IMG/VR virus record: IMGVR_UViG_3300042347_000998
Source: an uncultured virus (IMG/VR IMGVR_UViG_3300042347_000998)
Taxonomy: Duplodnaviria; Heunggongvirae; Uroviricota; Caudoviricetes
DNA: 20,000 bases
Reading direction: 5' to 3' (one strand)
The stretch's first letter is position 1. Each line of letters begins with the position of its first letter. Below, piece by piece: positions 16,646-20,000 of this stretch. Below the pieces are notes generated by a model that searched no databases, was not told the origin of the DNA, and worked only from the letters and a program-made list of their open reading frames with translations. A program made the position numbers and the translations under genes.

Positions 16646-17845
16646 ATGAAGAGTTTTACTCAATTTGTAAGAGAAGCAGTAGAAACCCTTGCATCTACCG
16701 AAGCAAAAAACCGAGGTCTCGTCGGAAACGGGCACGGGGATTGGTATGATAAGCAAGGAAATTTTGTTGCGAAAACAGTAAATGGTAAATTGAAGTTTTT
16801 TGGACAAGGTGATACTAAGTCACAAGATGGCATTCCTGGGGAAGAAGTAAAAGGACAAAAAGGTAATTCCCAAATAACAAAACAGACAACTTCAGCAGAA
16901 CCTTCTCCAACAGAACAACCTGCAAATGGTATTGCAATTGTTCTTGGTAGATTCAATCCTCCATCTAAAAATCACGAACAATTATTGAAAGCAGGATATA
17001 ATACTGCCAATAGAATGGGATATGAATATAGAATATACCCAAGTAGAATTCAAGACGGTCAATCAAATCCATTGAGTCCCAAAACAAAAATTTCTCTTAT
17101 GAGAATGATGTTTAAAAAATATTCTGATTATATTGTTGACAGTGAAGAAACCAAAACCGTTTTTGATTCATTAGTCTCAATTTATAATGATGGTTATACT
17201 GATGTTGTGATTGTTGTTGGTCAAGATAGACTGGGTGAATTTCAAAGTTTAGTTCATAAAGGGGAAGGACAGGACTATCAATTTAATAGCATTCAAGTTA
17301 TATCTGCTGGCATTAAAGACCCTGACAGTGAAATTGAAGACCCTGGTTCTTCTGCAAAAATGAGAACTTCTGCAGCAGTAGGAGATTTTGCTGGATTTGT
17401 TCAGGGAATTCCTTCTGGAGTAAGTCGGGCAGATAAAGAGAAAATATTTAATATTGTATCAAAATCTATGAATGTTACTGAAGATACAGAGGTATGGAAG
17501 ATAGTCCCAGAACTTGATTATGATGGATTAAGATGGAATTATAAAAATAATGGTCTTTTTGAAGTTGGTACATTTGTGGAAAGTTTGAGTAGTGGTCTTG
17601 TTGGAAAAATATTTCGTAGAGGTTCTAATTACTTGATTTGTGTGACTGAAGATGGAAAGATGTTTAAAAATTGGTTGAAAGATGTTCGTGAAGTTTATGA
17701 GGTTGGAACCTGCAATTACAGAGAGCACGCACAAAAAACAACTCCAAAACATCCAGTAGTTTCTTATACTGATGTTGAGGTAAAAGAAACTATACCAAAG
17801 AAAAACATAAATATCAGTAGGAAAAAATTATCCAGAAAGAAATGA
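16646..17845 (+). CDS. Cytidyltransferase-like (HIGH-superfamily nucleotidyltransferase) protein
   Basis: VLGRFNPPSKNH, NPLS...K, VVGQDR and SSAKMR. Extra N-terminal and C-terminal domains. Confidence 0.8.
   Translation: MKSFTQFVREAVETLASTEAKNRGLVGNGHGDWYDKQGNFVAKTVNGKLKFFGQGDTKSQDGIPGEEVKGQKGNSQITKQTTSAEPSPTEQPANGIAIVLGRFNPPSKNHEQLLKAGYNTANRMGYEYRIYPSRIQDGQSNPLSPKTKISLMRMMFKKYSDYIVDSEETKTVFDSLVSIYNDGYTDVVIVVGQDRLGEFQSLVHKGEGQDYQFNSIQVISAGIKDPDSEIEDPGSSAKMRTSAAVGDFAGFVQGIPSGVSRADKEKIFNIVSKSMNVTEDTEVWKIVPELDYDGLRWNYKNNGLFEVGTFVESLSSGLVGKIFRRGSNYLICVTEDGKMFKNWLKDVREVYEVGTCNYREHAQKTTPKHPVVSYTDVEVKETIPKKNINISRKKLSRKK
17806..17813 (+). promoter_or_regulatory. Late promoter
   Basis: CATAAATA, 28 nt before ATG 17842. 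Confidence 0.55.
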
Positions 17846-19368
17846 AGGATTGGGAAGAGATTATTTCTGAAGCAAAAAGCAGAGATGAAAGAGAGGCAGA
17901 AAAACAGAGAAGATTGAAGATTGTCAAAACGGCACTGAAAGGTTCTGCTGCTTTAGGTAAAGGAACTTCACAAAAGAAAGGAGATAAAAAAGATTCTAGA
18001 TATTTGGATTATCTTGAGCGTCGTCAAGCAACAAGAGAACAGGAAATTGAAAAGCAGAGAAAACAGGAGGAAGAAAATAAAAAACAAAAATTAGTAAGAC
18101 AAAAAGAAAAAAATCTTCAAGCATCTAAAGAAAGAATTAAATCTGCAGTTCAAGGTGTTAAAACACAAGAAATTGGTTCGGAGGAAGGTGGAGCAACTGC
18201 TACTATGAAAGCACTTGGTAATTTGGGTTCTCTTGCCGGTGGATTAACAAAGGCTGCAATTAATACTCCTGGTTATCTTAAAGCAAAGAAAGAATATAAA
18301 AAAGCATTAGAGACCAAATTTACTTCAAATCAACCAGAAAAACCAAGAGAAAGAAAAAAACCAGGAAGAATTCCAGCACCAAAAACATCAGAACCAAAAT
18401 CACAAGAAACAGTAAGTTCTGAGAGCAATCCAGAACAAAAAAGACTTCTTCCTGCAACTAAAAGACTTGTTCCTGCAACTAAAAGACTTCCACCTTCTGG
18501 TGGTGTGCCTGAAAGTTCTGCTGGGCAGAAGGCAAAAACTTTGGGACAAAGAGCAAGAAAGAACCCAAAAATTAAAGCAGGTTTGATACAGCAAAGAATG
18601 GCAGAAGAGTATTCTAATTGGAGAGAAGAATTTTTATTTGAAATTGATGAGTTAAAGAATGATAAGAGTTCAAAAAAAGAAAATAAAAAAGATAAAATTG
18701 ATGTAATGAAAGGGACTAACTCAAAAGTCATTGAGATTAATCCGAACATTTCTGAAGACCATAAAGAAATTGAAAGTGGCAAGAGAAAAGACGATGAAGG
18801 TTATATGGCAAATGTTGAACTTGACCAAATGGAGAGAGCAATTAAAGCACTTCGTAAAAAAGTAAAAAAATCTGACTCACAACTTCCTGCTTGGGTTCAA
18901 TCTAAAATTACAAGAGCAGCAGATTATATTGATACTGCTTCTGACTATTTGCAAAGTGATGAGGGGTTGGATGAATCAGCAGAAAAATTTGGTAGTGAAG
19001 ATGATAAAAAAAAAGTTCTTGTGATGATGATTCTTAAAAAAGCAGTAGATGCAAAAAAGAAAAAGAATTTTCAACTGAATTCTGGAATTATTGGTGAGGA
19101 AAAAACTGCTGCTTGGCAAAGAAAGGAAGGTAAGAATCCAGAAGGTGGTTTAAACAAAAAGGGAATTGCTTCATATAGAAGAGAAAATCCTGGTTCAAAA
19201 CTTTCAATGGCAGTGACAACTCCACCTTCAAAATTAGACCCAGATTCAAAAGCAGCAAAACGTAGAAAATCGTTTTGTGCTCGTATGGGGGGAATGCCTG
19301 GTCCTATGAAAGATGAAAAAGGAAGACCAACAAGAAAAGCACTTTCCTTAAGAAAGTGGAATTGTTGA
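17842..19368 (+). CDS. Modular, highly charged late protein, probably a virion or internal protein
   Basis: K/E-rich. Modules EEYSNWREE, DDEGYMA...LPAWVQSKITRAADY and C-terminal AAWQRKEGKNPEGGLN...SFCARM...LRKWNC resemble modules of cyanomyovirus late proteins. Confidence 0.7.
   Translation: MKDWEEIISEAKSRDEREAEKQRRLKIVKTALKGSAALGKGTSQKKGDKKDSRYLDYLERRQATREQEIEKQRKQEEENKKQKLVRQKEKNLQASKERIKSAVQGVKTQEIGSEEGGATATMKALGNLGSLAGGLTKAAINTPGYLKAKKEYKKALETKFTSNQPEKPRERKKPGRIPAPKTSEPKSQETVSSESNPEQKRLLPATKRLVPATKRLPPSGGVPESSAGQKAKTLGQRARKNPKIKAGLIQQRMAEEYSNWREEFLFEIDELKNDKSSKKENKKDKIDVMKGTNSKVIEINPNISEDHKEIESGKRKDDEGYMANVELDQMERAIKALRKKVKKSDSQLPAWVQSKITRAADYIDTASDYLQSDEGLDESAEKFGSEDDKKKVLVMMILKKAVDAKKKKNFQLNSGIIGEEKTAAWQRKEGKNPEGGLNKKGIASYRRENPGSKLSMAVTTPPSKLDPDSKAAKRRKSFCARMGGMPGPMKDEKGRPTRKALSLRKWNC
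18439..18489 (+). repeat. 21-bp in-frame tandem repeat, about 2.4 copies
   Basis: AAAAGACTTCTTCCTGCAACT / AAAAGACTTGTTCCTGCAACT / AAAAGACTT encodes KRLLPAT-KRLVPAT-KRL. Confidence 0.9.
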
Positions 19369-19374
19369 TAAATA
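19367..19374 (+). promoter_or_regulatory. Late promoter
   Basis: GATAAATA overlaps the upstream stop codon. Confidence 0.6.
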
Positions 19375-19401
19375 GTTGAAGACCATTATGGAGGAGTTAT
19401 T

Positions 19402-19581
19402 ATGTCAGCAGTAATCGCTTGGTGTTTAGCAAATCAGGCTCTTATCGCAACTGTTCTTTTTGCAGTTTCTGAAGCACTTGGAGCAAACCCAAAGGTAAAA
19501 TCAAACGGCATTCTTTCACTCATTCTTTTACAAGTCCAAGGACAACTGAAAAATAAGGGTGCTAAGGATTTAACTCCTTGA
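19402..19581 (+). CDS. Small hydrophobic, putative membrane protein (59 aa), absent from the ORF track
   Basis: MSAVIAWCLANQALIATVLFAVSEALGANPKVKSNGILSLILLQVQGQLKNKGAKDLTP. Strong SD GGAGGAG. Confidence 0.8.
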   Translation: MSAVIAWCLANQALIATVLFAVSEALGANPKVKSNGILSLILLQVQGQLKNKGAKDLTP

Positions 19582-19600
19582 ATAATAAAATTTTTATTTT

Positions 19601-19627
19601 GGGGGAGTTTCGCACTCCCCCATTTTT
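19601..19627 (+). terminator. Intrinsic terminator
   Basis: GGGGGAGT-ttcgc-ACTCCCCC followed by ATTTTT. Confidence 0.85.
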
Positions 19628-19634
19628 ATAAATA
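19627..19634 (+). promoter_or_regulatory. T4-type late promoter
   Basis: Exact TATAAATA upstream of ATG 19665. Confidence 0.8.
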
Positions 19635-19664
19635 AAATTAGGAAAAACTTACGGAAAAAAAGAC

Positions 19665-20000
19665 ATGGCACTTTGGGGTAAGGCAGACGGTGTATTTTCA
19701 CCAGGAACAGTTACTGTCAACTATACAAATAAAACAATTACTGGTGCTGGAACATCATTTAGAGCAGTAGGTGTCACTACTGGTGCAGTAATTACCATCG
19801 GTGCTGGAGGAACTTTTGGAAATGCGGTAATTTCTGGAATTACTTCAGAGACTCAAATTTCAATTGCAACAACTCAATATTTAAGTGGTGCTGCTATTGC
19901 TGGAATTGCATATTCAATATCTCAAAAACCAGTTTATACATTAGAAGATACAAACTTTGCTACTATAACTGGAACTGGCAATTCTGCATCAACTAATAGA
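19665..20000 (+). CDS. Putative virion structural protein, 3'-truncated by the window edge
   Basis: MALWGKADGVFSPGTVTVNYTNKTITGAGTSF...; G/T/A-rich beta-type composition, open to the window end, with a late promoter upstream. Confidence 0.75.
   Translation, partial: MALWGKADGVFSPGTVTVNYTNKTITGAGTSFRAVGVTTGAVITIGAGGTFGNAVISGITSETQISIATTQYLSGAAIAGIAYSISQKPVYTLEDTNFATITGTGNSASTNR

Noticed and set aside
45..18782. Minus-strand and alternate-frame ORFs such as 5477-6010, 6289-6666 and 18330-18782
   Set aside because: They overlap well-supported genes and show no recognisable motifs; they are treated as shadow ORFs.
1..20000. CRISPR array, tRNA, rRNA or IS element
   Set aside because: No repeat-spacer array, cloverleaf or transposase was recognised, and intergenic gaps are short. 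No covariance search was run.

Overview
This window is a segment of a T4-like myophage genome, most likely a cyanophage (Kyanoviridae-type), judging by the DUF3110, hsp20, mazG and 2OG-Fe(II) genes and the gene order. All credible genes are on the + strand. Bases 1-15424 hold the replication, recombination and late-transcription module: gp55, gp47, gp46, gp45, gp44, gp62, regA, hsp20, gp43, uvsX, gp41 and mazG. Sigma70-like promoters are visible in this module. From about 15430 the genes are preceded by T4-type late promoters (NATAAATA) and look like virion or internal proteins. The most notable feature is a free-standing HNH endonuclease (4432-4872) that appears to have inserted into the 5' end of the sliding-clamp gene. 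An orphan gp45 N-terminal stub (MKLSEKT) lies upstream and a recoded gp45 start (MKLSEQT) lies downstream. The HNH start codon sits inside a perfect 14-bp hairpin that overlaps late-promoter motifs. A second putative nuclease gene (15476-16618) has a similar hairpin plus late-promoter leader. Also seen are a divergent sigma70 promoter pair before gp55, a candidate small RNA after hsp20, and capsid-targeting-like N-termini on two late proteins. All product calls come from motif recognition and synteny; no database search was run.
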